From contig JAAYSB010000006.1 in NCBI GenBank assembly GCA_012518475.1, positions 1 through 44,364 on the forward strand: a stretch of DNA of 44,364 nt. Direction: 5' to 3'. The translations under genes were made by a program, and so were the position numbers. Shown one piece after another: positions 17,764-27,608 of this stretch (its first letter is position 1; every line of letters begins with the position of its first letter). The notes beneath the pieces were generated by a model. That model was not told the origin of the DNA and searched no databases. It saw only the letters and a list, made by a program, of their open reading frames with translations. The stretch comes from Intrasporangiaceae bacterium. GTDB lineage: Bacteria; Actinomycetota; Actinomycetes; Actinomycetales; Dermatophilaceae.

Positions 17764-18366
17764 TCAGCGACCCTGGAAGGCGTCGAGCGCCACTGTGATG
17801 GCTGCCGCGAAGCGCCAGTCCAGCAGGGTGCCGTTGCTGTCCGGTCGGATCGTCGTGAGGTAGTTGTCCCGAACCTTGCGCTGGCGCTCGACCGACAGGA
17901 CGCTCGTGCCGGCCGGGTCGGTGAAGTCGAAGTGGAACTGCCACGGGATCAGCCCCATGACGTCACCGACGATGGGCAGCATGTCGCCGAATCGGCGGGC
18001 GAGGGCGACGTTCTGGCTGCGCTCCTGACCGGTCGCCGAGACGTTTCCGGCGGTGATGTGCCACGTCGAGTTGAGGAGGGACTTGACCGCGTCCTTGCGG
18101 AAGACACCGATGGGATTGCGGTGGGCGTCGAAGACGTCTGTCGTCGCGGCCATGTCGATGACCTGACGAGACTGAAACCCGAAGGCCACCTCACGTCTGG
18201 ACTCGTCGGTGAAGAAGCTCACCTCCTCCCTCAGCTTCATCCGCTTCTGCTGCGCGAAGGCGAGCAGCTGCCGCGCACTGCCGGCCTCGTCCGCGGCACT
18301 GACCCAGTACTGGTTGACCATGACGGTCACCTTCTGGCGGACGTGCAGCCGTGTGATGTCGTTCAT
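17764..18366 (-). CDS. LURP-one-related/scramblase (tubby C-terminal-like) family protein
   Basis: VRQKVTVMVNQY...AFAQQKRMKLREEV...LLNSTW...RDNY pattern typical of this actinobacterial family. Confidence 0.7.
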   Translation of the reverse strand: MNDITRLHVRQKVTVMVNQYWVSAADEAGSARQLLAFAQQKRMKLREEVSFFTDESRREVAFGFQSRQVIDMAATTDVFDAHRNPIGVFRKDAVKSLLNSTWHITAGNVSATGQERSQNVALARRFGDMLPIVGDVMGLIPWQFHFDFTDPAGTSVLSVERQRKVRDNYLTTIRPDSNGTLLDWRFAAAITVALDAFQGR

Positions 18367-18561
18367 CGTCGACCCCCGCTCGTGGTGTGGTGAGCCGATC
18401 CTCTCTCATCCGGGCCGCTGCTGTCCCGCATTTCGGAGGGCGGGCGGCGCCACGCATCCGTCCCCCCTGCCTGCAGTGACCTGGGTGGGAGGCGTCCGGC
18501 CGTCGGGCGCGTCGGTCCCTTAGCATGGGTGCTCTAAGCCCAAGGAGTGGTGTCCGACCGG

Positions 18562-19878
18562 ATGTCTGGTTATTGGCTGAATCTCGGCCTCGTCGCCGTC
18601 CTCGTCCTCATCAATGCGGCGTTCGCCGGCACTGAGATGGCGCTTGTCTCCCTGCGCGAGGGACAGCTCAAGCAGCTCGAGCGGGAAGGGACGCCCAGAG
18701 GCCTGCGCCTCGTGCGCCTCGCCCGGGACCCCAACCGGTTCCTCGCGACCATCCAGATCGGCATCACCCTCGCCGGCTTCCTTGCGTCGGCGACCGCAGC
18801 GGTGGCCCTCGCCGAGCCGCTGGTGCCCCACCTCGAGCCCGCCCTCGGCGGCGCAGCGCACCCGATCGCGGTCGCGGTCATCACGCTCGTGCTGTCCTTC
18901 ATCACGCTCGTCTTCGGTGAGCTGGCCCCCAAGCGTCTGGCCATGCAACGGGCGCTGTCCTGGGCCACCGTGGCCGCCGGCCCGCTCAACCTCCTCTCCA
19001 CGCTGGCCCGCCCGGCCGTCTGGCTGCTGGCCAAGTCGACGAACGCCGTCGTCCGCCTCCTCGGTGGTCGTCCGGACGAAGCGAGCCGCGAGCCCAGCCC
19101 CGAGGAGATCAAGGAGATCGTCACCTCGCACCGCGAGCTCAACCCCGAGCAGCGCGAGATCATCGCCGGTGCCCTCGAGATCCACCGGCGCACCCTGCGC
19201 GAGGTCCTCGTCCCGCGCGGTCAGGTCTTCACCCTCCCGCATGACCTCACGCTCGACCAGGCCCGCGCCGCACTCGCCGCGGCTGGCCACTCCCGCGCAC
19301 CGGTCGCGATCGAGGGCCACCTCGACGACGTCGTCGGCGTCGTCCACTGGTCGGCACTCGTCGACGGCGGGGACGCCGAGGTCGGCGAGGTCGCCACCGA
19401 GCCGCTCGTCTTCCCCGGTGCCGCCCCGGTGTCGGTCACCCTGCGCGCCTTCAAGAGCAGTCGCCAGCAGCTCGCTCTCGTCGTCGACGAGCACGGCGCG
19501 GTCGACGGCATCGTCACGATGGAGGATCTTCTGGAGGAGATCGTCGGCGAGATCTACGACGAGACGGATACGGACAGCGCCGGGCTCGTCCCGGAGGGCG
19601 ACGGGTCCTACATCCTGCCGGGCACCTATCCGCTCCACGACCTGCCCGACCTCGACATCGACCTGCACTACGAGCCGGGCGACTACACGACCCTGGCCGG
19701 CCTCGTCCTCGACGACCTCGGCCGCATCCCGGAGGGGCCCGGCGACTCCATCGTCGTCGATGGCTGGCGGATCGATGTCATTGCCGTCGGACGGCACACG
19801 ATTGCCGGGGTCCGCGTCTCCCGGGCGCCTGCCGAGGGCGAAGCCGTCGCCGACCACGAGGCGCGCCCGGCGGACTGA
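18562..19878 (+). CDS. Hemolysin family CNNM/CBS/CorC-HlyC protein
   Basis: EMALVSLR, FLATIQIGITL, GELAPK, CBS pair (HSRAPV; VVDEHGAVDGIVTMEDLLEEIVGEI), TTLAG. Start could be GTG 18547/18550. Confidence 0.92.
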   Translation: MSGYWLNLGLVAVLVLINAAFAGTEMALVSLREGQLKQLEREGTPRGLRLVRLARDPNRFLATIQIGITLAGFLASATAAVALAEPLVPHLEPALGGAAHPIAVAVITLVLSFITLVFGELAPKRLAMQRALSWATVAAGPLNLLSTLARPAVWLLAKSTNAVVRLLGGRPDEASREPSPEEIKEIVTSHRELNPEQREIIAGALEIHRRTLREVLVPRGQVFTLPHDLTLDQARAALAAAGHSRAPVAIEGHLDDVVGVVHWSALVDGGDAEVGEVATEPLVFPGAAPVSVTLRAFKSSRQQLALVVDEHGAVDGIVTMEDLLEEIVGEIYDETDTDSAGLVPEGDGSYILPGTYPLHDLPDLDIDLHYEPGDYTTLAGLVLDDLGRIPEGPGDSIVVDGWRIDVIAVGRHTIAGVRVSRAPAEGEAVADHEARPAD

Positions 19879-19917
19879 CCGTTCGCCATGCCGGTCGGAC
19901 CGGGAGGACATGGCGGG

Positions 19918-19953
19918 GGTATGCCGGGCTCGCCCGGGTGCGCGACGCATACC
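19918..19953. repeat. Palindromic intergenic element (GGTATGC...GCATACC family)
   Basis: ggtatgc...ccgggtgcgcgacgcatacc between convergent genes; similar to 8411-8445. Confidence 0.65.
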
Positions 19954-20039
19954 TCATCGGCAGTCGGGTGTCAGACGCCTTGGGTGGCGGGGTCGGCGGG
20001 GTGACGTTCACCGGTCCGCAGGGTCAGTCCCCGGCCGGC

Positions 20040-20669
20040 TCAGAGGAAGCGCGGGCCCCACTTGATGATCTCGATGATGATGACGAGGGTGAGCCAGCCG
20101 ATGAGGCTGAGGGTGAACCAGCCGTTCTCGACGAACGCCTTGGCCTTGGCGTGCGCGCCCTCGGAGAGATACAGGTTGTTCTCGCGGATGTTCCAGTTCG
20201 TCATGGAGGCGAAGACGAAGGTCGTCGCGAAGGTGACGAGGAGGCACCAGGGGCAGAGCGCGCCGATGACGAAGGTCGACTGGTACAGCAGCCAGTAGGC
20301 GAAGATCACGCCGAGGGTATAGCCGATGTTGGCGGCGAACATGAACCAGCGCGGGAAGCGCACCCCGGACAGCTTGGCCACCGCGATGGTCATCACGACA
20401 GGCTCGCCGATGAGTCCGAAGAACGCGTTGGGGAAGCCCCATACGTTGGCCTGCCAGGTCGTCCCGACCTTGGCGCAGTCGAGGACCTCGTTGATCGAGC
20501 AGGCGAGGATGGCGTCGGGGTTGGCAGCCAGGACGATCGCGTCATAGGCGAGCACCCAGGAGGCGATGAGGCTGAGAATCGCGAAGAACAGCATCTCGGA
20601 GAACAGGAACGTGCGCGCGCGCTTGGGCGTGACGTTCTGCTCCATCACGACGCCGGTGGTCTCGGACAC
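20040..20669 (-). CDS. Vitamin K epoxide reductase (VKOR) family disulfide-bond formation protein
   Basis: Loop cysteines CSINEVLDC, GFPNAFFG, active-site CPWC in a TM helix. Confidence 0.92.
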   Translation of the reverse strand: MSETTGVVMEQNVTPKRARTFLFSEMLFFAILSLIASWVLAYDAIVLAANPDAILACSINEVLDCAKVGTTWQANVWGFPNAFFGLIGEPVVMTIAVAKLSGVRFPRWFMFAANIGYTLGVIFAYWLLYQSTFVIGALCPWCLLVTFATTFVFASMTNWNIRENNLYLSEGAHAKAKAFVENGWFTLSLIGWLTLVIIIEIIKWGPRFL

Positions 20670-20851
20670 CAGATCTCCTCTCAGCCAGGCCCGCCCCGCG
20701 AGAGGTCCCTCAGGCCGCGTTCATTGTATGGACAGACTAGGGGCGCCTCGTCCATCGCCTGCCGCGCGTTACACATTGCTCCAGCGATCCGCCGGCGGCA
20801 GGGGTTCCCGGGACGCCAGTTCTCTGCACAGAGGCTGTCGACCGTGCCACG

Positions 20852-21613
20852 ATGAGCGACATGACCTTCCCGATCGAACACCTCATCCCCACCGACGACG
20901 GCACGATCCGCGGCCTGCTCTGGCTGCCCGAGTCTGCGCCTGAATGCGGTGCCCCCGGTCTGGTCGTCCTTCAGGAGATCTTCGGCCTGAGTGAGTTCGT
21001 CAAGTCCCGCTGCGCCGACCTCGCGCGGATGGGGTATGCGGTGCTCGCCCCGGCCGTCTACGACCGCCTTGTCGGTGATGAGGAGGAGGTGCCCGTCGTC
21101 GAGGCCGACGGGGAGGACTTCCTCCAGCGGTCGATGGACCTCGTCGGCCGGCTCGACTGGGATCGGGCGGTGCGCGACGGATTCGCGGCCCGCGACGAGC
21201 TGGCCGCTCAGGAGGCGGTCCACGGGGACCGGATCGGGCTCGTCGGGTTCTGCTTCGGGGGTGGTCTGGCGTTCAACATCGCCGCAGTCGCGAAGCAGGC
21301 CGGTGCGCCCGTCGCGGCTCTCGTGTCCTACTACGGCTCCGCGCTACCCGGGCTGCTCGAGCTCGCCGATGACGTCGACTGCCCGAGCCTGCACCACTTC
21401 GGGACCAAGGACAGCTACATCCCGCTGGAGCAGGTCGAGGAGATCCGTGAGGCGGTGACCGCCGGCGGCAGCCGAGAGCAGATTCACTTCGAGCTGCACG
21501 AGGGCGCGGACCACGCCTTCGACAACCCGAACCCGATGTTCCACCACCCCGAGGCGAGCGCACGCGCCTGGGTTCAGACCCAGGCCTTCCTCTCGGAGGT
21601 CCTGCCCGCGTAA
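20852..21613 (+). CDS. Dienelactone hydrolase family protein
   Basis: LQEIFG, GFCFGG (Cys nucleophile), YYG, HFGTKD, ADHAF. Confidence 0.92.
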   Translation: MSDMTFPIEHLIPTDDGTIRGLLWLPESAPECGAPGLVVLQEIFGLSEFVKSRCADLARMGYAVLAPAVYDRLVGDEEEVPVVEADGEDFLQRSMDLVGRLDWDRAVRDGFAARDELAAQEAVHGDRIGLVGFCFGGGLAFNIAAVAKQAGAPVAALVSYYGSALPGLLELADDVDCPSLHHFGTKDSYIPLEQVEEIREAVTAGGSREQIHFELHEGADHAFDNPNPMFHHPEASARAWVQTQAFLSEVLPA

Positions 21614-21666
21614 GCGGATCGGTGCCTGGGTCTGGGGGCACCCGATGGTCATCGCCGTCGGCATGG

Positions 21667-21930
21667 TCACGTGCCGTTGCGCTCGCGGTGGCTGCACCCG
21701 GGCCAGCAGCACGGTCGGCGCTTGCCCTCCTCGAGCTCTTCGCGGGTGCGGCGGATCCGGCGCTCGCGTGTCGTGTCCTGCTTTGCGTCCTCGACCCAGC
21801 AGATGAACTCGTTCCTCGCCAGGGGCGTGATGTCCTGCCAGAGCGCGAGGACTGCTTCGTCGGAAGTGAGCTCGTTGCGCAGGTCGGCGGGCAGTGTGTG
21901 GACGGTCCCGCCGGGGACCTTGGTGCTCAT
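21667..21930 (-). CDS. YdeI/OmpD-associated family small protein
   Basis: LPADL...ITPLARNEFICWVEDAKQDTTRERRI...RPCCWPGC; leaderless TAGTCT-N7-ATG. Confidence 0.85.
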   Translation of the reverse strand: MSTKVPGGTVHTLPADLRNELTSDEAVLALWQDITPLARNEFICWVEDAKQDTTRERRIRRTREELEEGKRRPCCWPGCSHRERNGT

Positions 21931-22218
21931 GCGACCAAGACTAGGGAGCAGGGGCATCACTGACCAGAGGGCAGGGGCATGAGCGCGCACCGGACGGCTG
22001 CAGCCCTGCACTCGGCCTTGCGCTCGCCTCGCCGCGGTCCTGGTGAGCTGCAGCGCTCGGGGGTCCTGCGGCGATATATCGCTGCAAGATCGGCCATCGC
22101 CGCGGCTCGGGACGACCGCCGCAGGCGTTCATCGCACCGACTTCTGGAGCCCGTGGCGGACGGGGGTGCACTGCTCCTATCGTCGAGAGGAACATCGCCT
22201 GCCGAAGGGAAGACCGTC

Positions 22219-22779
22219 ATGTCCGAGCTCACCGAGGCCACCGTCGCCGACCGCCACCGCCTCCTGGCCCAGCAGTTCATCGACCTCATCGACGGCACGC
22301 AGGACTGGGACTCCCAGAGCCCCGTTCCGGAGTGGCGGGCCCAGGACATCGTCGAGCACCTCGCCTGGCTCCCCAGCCTCCTCGGCAGCCTCGGCGTCGA
22401 CCTCGATGTCGCGGCCATCGACTCACCAGTCGAGCGGTTCAAGGCCCAGACCGTCCGGGTCCAGGAGATCCTCGACGGACCCGAGGCGGGCCGCGAGATC
22501 AACCTGCCGGGCATGAGGCGGATGACGGTGACCGAGGCGATCGACCGGCTCTACAACTTCGATCTGTATGCGCACGCCTGGGACCTCGCATCGGCCACCG
22601 GGCAGGAGCACCGGCTGGACGAGGACTACGCAGTCAGTGCTCACCAGGGCATGTCGGCGATGGGCCCGGCACTCCACGAGTCCGGCCAGTTCGGCACTCC
22701 CCGTGAGGTTGCCGAGGACGCCCCCGCCTCGGAACGGCTCCTCGGACTCATCGGCCGCGACCCGCACTGGCGGCGCTGA
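22219..22779 (+). CDS. DinB-superfamily mycothiol-dependent maleylpyruvate isomerase-like / TIGR03086-type metal-binding protein
   Basis: WDSQSPVPEWRAQDIVEHL and DLYAHAWDLA metal-binding motifs, C-terminal LLGLIGRDP. Confidence 0.85.
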   Translation: MSELTEATVADRHRLLAQQFIDLIDGTQDWDSQSPVPEWRAQDIVEHLAWLPSLLGSLGVDLDVAAIDSPVERFKAQTVRVQEILDGPEAGREINLPGMRRMTVTEAIDRLYNFDLYAHAWDLASATGQEHRLDEDYAVSAHQGMSAMGPALHESGQFGTPREVAEDAPASERLLGLIGRDPHWRR

Positions 22780-22852
22780 CCTGCTCGCTCGGTCGGCGAG
22801 CTTCACGCGCGTGTCTGGTCACCTCACGTTGGACCTCCGTAGGGTTGCGCAG

Positions 22853-23650
22853 GTGAGCAACGACCGGATGGCGGCACAGCGCAGGCGCGTGCTCATCACC
22901 GGCGCGACCGGCACGATCGGGTCGCTTCTCGCCGAGCGCCTCGCCGACGACTACGACATCGTCCAGCACGGCCGCAGCGCCGAGAACGAGGAGCAGGAGC
23001 GCGTGCTGCGCCGCGCCGATCTCGCCGACTACGACCAGGTCAGAGCGCTCATGGACGACATCGACACCGTCCTGCACCTCGCCGGCGAGGCAAGCCCGGG
23101 TGCGGAGTGGGAGTCGGTACTCGAGTCGAACATCATCGGGTACCGCAACGTCCTCGAGGCAGCCCGCGAGGCCGGCGTGCGCCGCGTCGTCTACGCCTCC
23201 TCGAACCACGCGATGGGCATGTATGACCGGTTCGAGGAGTGGCCGGTCTATCCGCACCACCTGCCGCGCCCCGACTCGCTCTATGGCGTGTCCAAGGTCT
23301 TCGGCGAGACGCTCGGCCGGTTCTACCACGACGAGCACGGACTCGACGTGATCTCACTCCGGATCGGGTGGAGCTCAGGCGATCCCGCGCTCGCGGAGGA
23401 GGAGATCCTGCATGCCATGTGGCTGAGCGAGGACGACACCGAGCAGGTGTTCCGCCGGGCCATCGAGGCCGACGTCCGGTACGGGGTGTACTACGCCGTC
23501 TCGGACAACCCCAACCGGCGGTGGGACATGACGAACACGATGCTTGAACTGGGTTACCGGCCGAAGGACTCCTGGACCCGCGTCGCCGGCCAGGACGAGC
23601 AGGTTGTCGAGGGCGGGGCTCACGTCGCCGATGACTGGCCGGCGGAGTAG
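22853..23650 (+). CDS. NAD-dependent epimerase/dehydratase (uronate dehydrogenase-like)
   Basis: LITGATGTIG, HLAG, ASSNHA, RPDSLYGVSK, LRIG, WLS; leaderless TAGGGT-N7-GTG start. Confidence 0.88.
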   Translation: MSNDRMAAQRRRVLITGATGTIGSLLAERLADDYDIVQHGRSAENEEQERVLRRADLADYDQVRALMDDIDTVLHLAGEASPGAEWESVLESNIIGYRNVLEAAREAGVRRVVYASSNHAMGMYDRFEEWPVYPHHLPRPDSLYGVSKVFGETLGRFYHDEHGLDVISLRIGWSSGDPALAEEEILHAMWLSEDDTEQVFRRAIEADVRYGVYYAVSDNPNRRWDMTNTMLELGYRPKDSWTRVAGQDEQVVEGGAHVADDWPAE

Positions 23651-23947
23651 GACGCCACATCTGAGCGGTGCGGCAGAGTCGGACGTCAGGCGTGGTGCGA
23701 GCGTCGATCAGCTGTCTCGTCGAGGGCGCGACGAATGGACCTCCGGCGCGCATCTCGACGCCGGTCGGGATAGCGCGTTCAGACGGCTCAGTTCGCTCAT
23801 CACCGCATCCGGACGGTCATCGCCCATCACCCGACAGGCTGTGCGTGGACCGAACGCCGGCACCGAGACCTCATGAACCGCTCCGCCGGTCAGCCAAGGG
23901 CTGAGATTCCCGTCGGCGCGCCCGGATCTGCTGGCACCATGACCGCC

Positions 23948-24589
23948 ATGGTGACGGCATCGAACCTGTGGCTGTTCGTCGTGGCCTCGGTGCTGCTCAT
24001 CGTCATCCCAGGCCCCAGCGTCCTGTTCGTCATCGGTCGGGCCCTCGCGCTGGGGAGGGTCGGCGGCCTGCTCAGCGTTCTCGGCAACGCGTTGGGGATG
24101 CTTCCGTTGGTCGCCGCGGTCGCGCTCGGCGTGGGGGCCGTCGTCGCCTCCTCCATCGTGCTCTTCACAGCCATCAAGATCGTCGGCGGCCTCTATCTGG
24201 TCTATCTCGGCGTCCAGGCGATCCGGCACCGGAGCGAAACGTCGGTGAGCGTCAACCGCCTTGCTGTGACAAGCCGCTCGCCAGAGCGGGTGCTCGCCGA
24301 AGGCTTCTTCGTCGGGGTCACCAACCCCAAGACGATCGCGTTCTTCGTCGCCGTCCTGCCCCAGTTCGTGTCCCTGGAGTCCGGGTCGGTTCCATTCCAG
24401 ATGGCCGTGCTCGGGACGATCTTCGTCGCACTGGCACTGGTCTTCGACTCTCTCTGGGCACTGGCGGCGGGCTCGGCCCGCGAGTGGTTCGGTCGGGCGC
24501 CGCACCGGGCCGAGAGGCTGGGTGCGGCTGGCGGTGTCATGCTCATCTGTCTCGGCGGGGCTCTCGCCCTCTCCGGGAACCGGCACTAA
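23948..24589 (+). CDS. LysE/RhtB family amino acid exporter
   Basis: IPGPSVLFV, GGLYLVYLG, TNPKTIAFF. Confidence 0.92.
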   Translation: MVTASNLWLFVVASVLLIVIPGPSVLFVIGRALALGRVGGLLSVLGNALGMLPLVAAVALGVGAVVASSIVLFTAIKIVGGLYLVYLGVQAIRHRSETSVSVNRLAVTSRSPERVLAEGFFVGVTNPKTIAFFVAVLPQFVSLESGSVPFQMAVLGTIFVALALVFDSLWALAAGSAREWFGRAPHRAERLGAAGGVMLICLGGALALSGNRH

Positions 24590-24719
24590 CCAGGTCCAGA
24601 GGGGGCCGGCGCCCGAGCGACCGCTCGCCGTTACGGTCCTACTGGGGGGGATCTGTCCGGCGCTGAGGGATCGGGCACGATTCACCTCCAGGGCGCGTTT
24701 CACCGGTACCGTCGGATGT

Positions 24720-25901
24720 GTGAACGGCCAGCGTGTCGCCCTGGGGGCGGCAGCAGGGTGGCAGGAGGGGCTCTATCGGCGCCTCCACGAGAACCCTGAG
24801 CTCTCCATGGCGGAACTTGAGACCGGCGCGGAGATCGCCCGGTGTCTCGAGTCGCTGGGCTATGAGGTGCAGCGGATCGGCGGTGGGGTCGTCGGGGTGC
24901 TCCGCAACGGCGACGGCCCGACGGTCCTCTTCCGCGCCGACATCGACGCCCTCCCGGTCCAGGAGGCGACCGGCCTCCCGTATGCCAGCAAGCGGCCCGG
25001 TGTCATGCACGCCTGCGGCCACGACATCCACATCGTCTGTGCGCTCGGCGCCGCCGAGGTGCTCGCAGGGTCCCGGGACACCTGGGCCGGCACCTACATC
25101 GCGCTCTTCCAGCCGGGGGAGGAGACCGCGGAGGGCGCCCGTGCCATGGTCGCCGACGGGCTCGTCGACCGGGTGCCGAGGCCGGACGTCGCTCTTGCCC
25201 AGCACGTCCTCACCGCTCCGGTCGCCGGCAAGGTCGCAACAGCCCCGGGTCCGGTCCTCTCCGCCGGGGACTCCATCCGGATCACCATCCACGGACAGGG
25301 CTCGCACGGGTCCATGCCGCACCTCGGGGTCGACCCCGTCGTCATCGCCGCCGCGGTCGTGCTGCGCCTCCAGACGATCGTCTCGCGGGTTCTCGCCCCG
25401 GACGAGTTCGGCGTCGTCACCGTTGGCAGCGTCCAGGCAGGGGCCAAGTCCAACATCATCCCCGCTGAGGCGACTCTCCTCGTCAATACCCGCGCCTATG
25501 ACGAGCACGTGCGCGACCGGATCCTCGAGGCCGTCGAAAGGATGGTTCGGGCCGAGTGCGCCGCGTCCGGTGCGACGCAGGAGCCGACCTTCGAGTTCTA
25601 CGACCAGTTCCCGATGACCGACAACGACGCCGCCGTCACCGCTCGGGTCCGGGCCGCCCTCGAGGGCGGCCTCGGTGCCGACCGGGTCGAAGACCTGCCG
25701 CGGATCCCCGCGAGCGAGGACTTCAGCGTCATCCCCGATGCCTTCGACGTCCCCTATACCTACTGGGGTCTCGGCGGATTCACTGCTGGGCAGACGCCGC
25801 TGCCCAACCATAATCCCGGCTTCGCGCCAGCCATCCAGCCCACCATCAGCACCGGAACCGAAGCGGCGGTGATCGCCGCTCTCGCCTGGCTCGGAAAGTA
25901 G
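24720..25901 (+). CDS. M20D family amidohydrolase (hippurate hydrolase-like)
   Basis: LHENPELS, RADIDALP, MHACGHD, FQPGEE, HGSMPH, SEDF, NHNP; leaderless TACCGT-N7-GTG. Confidence 0.92.
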   Translation: MNGQRVALGAAAGWQEGLYRRLHENPELSMAELETGAEIARCLESLGYEVQRIGGGVVGVLRNGDGPTVLFRADIDALPVQEATGLPYASKRPGVMHACGHDIHIVCALGAAEVLAGSRDTWAGTYIALFQPGEETAEGARAMVADGLVDRVPRPDVALAQHVLTAPVAGKVATAPGPVLSAGDSIRITIHGQGSHGSMPHLGVDPVVIAAAVVLRLQTIVSRVLAPDEFGVVTVGSVQAGAKSNIIPAEATLLVNTRAYDEHVRDRILEAVERMVRAECAASGATQEPTFEFYDQFPMTDNDAAVTARVRAALEGGLGADRVEDLPRIPASEDFSVIPDAFDVPYTYWGLGGFTAGQTPLPNHNPGFAPAIQPTISTGTEAAVIAALAWLGK

Positions 25902-25907
25902 GTCACG

Positions 25908-27419
25908 ATGAGCGTCAACGTCGCCGCGGAACCAGACATCGCATACCAGGGCAACGACAAGCTGCTCGCCGGCCTCGTGCTCTCGATCGTGTCCTTCTGG
26001 CTGTTCGCCATCTCGCTCGGCACCGTCGCGCCGGCGGTGCTGCTCGACCTCAACGGCCCCTACGCCGACGAGGCAGCGAAGACCTGGACCTCACCGGTGC
26101 TCTCGCCGACGGCGATGAACCTCGCGGTCGCCCTGACCGGTCTGGTGTCCGGCCTCTTCATCGTCCTCATGGGTGGACTCGCCGACCGGTTCGGCCGGGT
26201 GCGCCTGACCATGGTCGGCAACGGGCTCAACATCCTCGGCTGTGCCCTCATCGTCCTAGCCGGCGGAGCCCTCGCCACCCCGATGCTCATCACCGGCCGC
26301 GTCGTCCAGGGACTCTCCGCGGCGTGCGTCATGCCGGCGACGATCGCGCTCGTCAAGTCCTACTGGGACGGGCCGGCCCGTCAGCGCGCCGTGTCGATGT
26401 GGTCGATCGGATCCTTCGGTGGTGCCGGGCTCGCGGCCTTCATCGGCGGCCTGACGGCGACCCAGATGTCCTGGCGCTGGATCTTCGTCTTCTCGGCGAT
26501 CGTGTCCGTGGTCGCGATGCTCCTCGTCCGCGGGACCCCCGAGAGCCGCGTCGTCACCACCGGCCACCGACGCTTCGACAGTGTGGGCCTCGCACTGTTC
26601 CTCATCACCTTCCTAGCGGTCATGCTGCTGCTCACGTTCGGCGGAAAGACCGTCGGGTGGCTCTCGCCGACCGGACTCGGGCTGCTGCTCGGGTTCCTCG
26701 TCGGACTCATCGCGTTCGTCATCGTCGAGCGGGGCCGGGAGTACGCCTTCATCGACTTCGGGCTGTTCCGCAACATGAACTTCACCGGTGCTGTCGCCGC
26801 GAACTTCATGCTCAACTGCACGCTCGGCACGCTGATCGTCAGCCAGCAGCTCCTCCAGATCGGCGGGAACATGGCGCCGCTCGCCGCCGGCGCACTCACT
26901 CTCGGCTACCCGCTCATGGTCATCCTCTTCGTCCGCGCGGGAGAGAGGCTGCTCCAGGTGCACGGCCCGCGCAAGCCGATGATCTGGGGAGCGCTGCTCG
27001 TCGCCCTCGCCGCCGCACTGCTCATGCCGACGAACCTCCTGCTCACGCAGTACCGCTGGCTCGCGCTCATCGCCTATGCGTGCTTCGGGCTCGGACTGGC
27101 GTTCTTCGCGACCCCGGCCACCGACGCCGCCCTGACGAGTCTGCCGCCGGAGCACGCCGGCTCCGGGATGGGCATCTTCAAGATGGCCTCCTCCCTGGGC
27201 GGGGCGATCGGGACGGCCGTGGCCCTGTCCCTCTTCCTCGGGTTCTCCGGAAGCGACGCGGGCAACGTCGTCGGCTATGTCGTCGAGATGGTCGGCCGCC
27301 AGGACAACATCGCTATCCGCCAGGCCGCGATGATCGCGATCGGGGCGATGCTCCTCTTCGCCCTGGCCGCTGCGGTCGTCGCCGCCCTCGCCGTTCCGAA
27401 GGGTCGCCAGGAGGACTGA
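25908..27419 (+). CDS. 14-TM MFS transporter (DHA2, NorB/NorC-like)
   Basis: GNDKLLAGLVLSIVSFWLFA N-terminus, GGLADRFGR, WRWIF, GIFKMASSLGGA. Confidence 0.88.
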   Translation: MSVNVAAEPDIAYQGNDKLLAGLVLSIVSFWLFAISLGTVAPAVLLDLNGPYADEAAKTWTSPVLSPTAMNLAVALTGLVSGLFIVLMGGLADRFGRVRLTMVGNGLNILGCALIVLAGGALATPMLITGRVVQGLSAACVMPATIALVKSYWDGPARQRAVSMWSIGSFGGAGLAAFIGGLTATQMSWRWIFVFSAIVSVVAMLLVRGTPESRVVTTGHRRFDSVGLALFLITFLAVMLLLTFGGKTVGWLSPTGLGLLLGFLVGLIAFVIVERGREYAFIDFGLFRNMNFTGAVAANFMLNCTLGTLIVSQQLLQIGGNMAPLAAGALTLGYPLMVILFVRAGERLLQVHGPRKPMIWGALLVALAAALLMPTNLLLTQYRWLALIAYACFGLGLAFFATPATDAALTSLPPEHAGSGMGIFKMASSLGGAIGTAVALSLFLGFSGSDAGNVVGYVVEMVGRQDNIAIRQAAMIAIGAMLLFALAAAVVAALAVPKGRQED

Positions 27420-27457
27420 CGATCGAACTGGTCGCCCTGCGCCCAACCCGGGCGTGC

Positions 27458-27483
27458 CACAACCTGGTAATTGCCAGGTTGTG
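27458..27483. repeat. REP-like palindrome family A, copy 2
   Basis: CACAACCTGGTAATTGCCAGGTTGTG identical to 864-889; the flanks extend the stem (GTGCCAC...GTGGAAC); 3' of the MFS stop. Confidence 0.85.
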
Positions 27484-27559
27484 GAACGGCGCGGGAATCC
27501 GGGCCCCACAGGCGGGTCGGACAGGGCACACTAAGGGGTCACCCGCCCCTGCGGATTCC

Positions 27560-27574
27560 ACTACACTATGTAGT
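27560..27574. promoter_or_regulatory. Candidate operator overlapping the promoter of the WS/DGAT operon
   Basis: ACTACA-CTA-TGTAGT perfect inverted repeat in an AT-rich patch containing TACACT (-10-like), ~35 bp before the ATG. Confidence 0.5.
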
Positions 27575-27608
27575 AGTTCTGGTTCGTCACGACATCAAGG
27601 AGCAGCCC

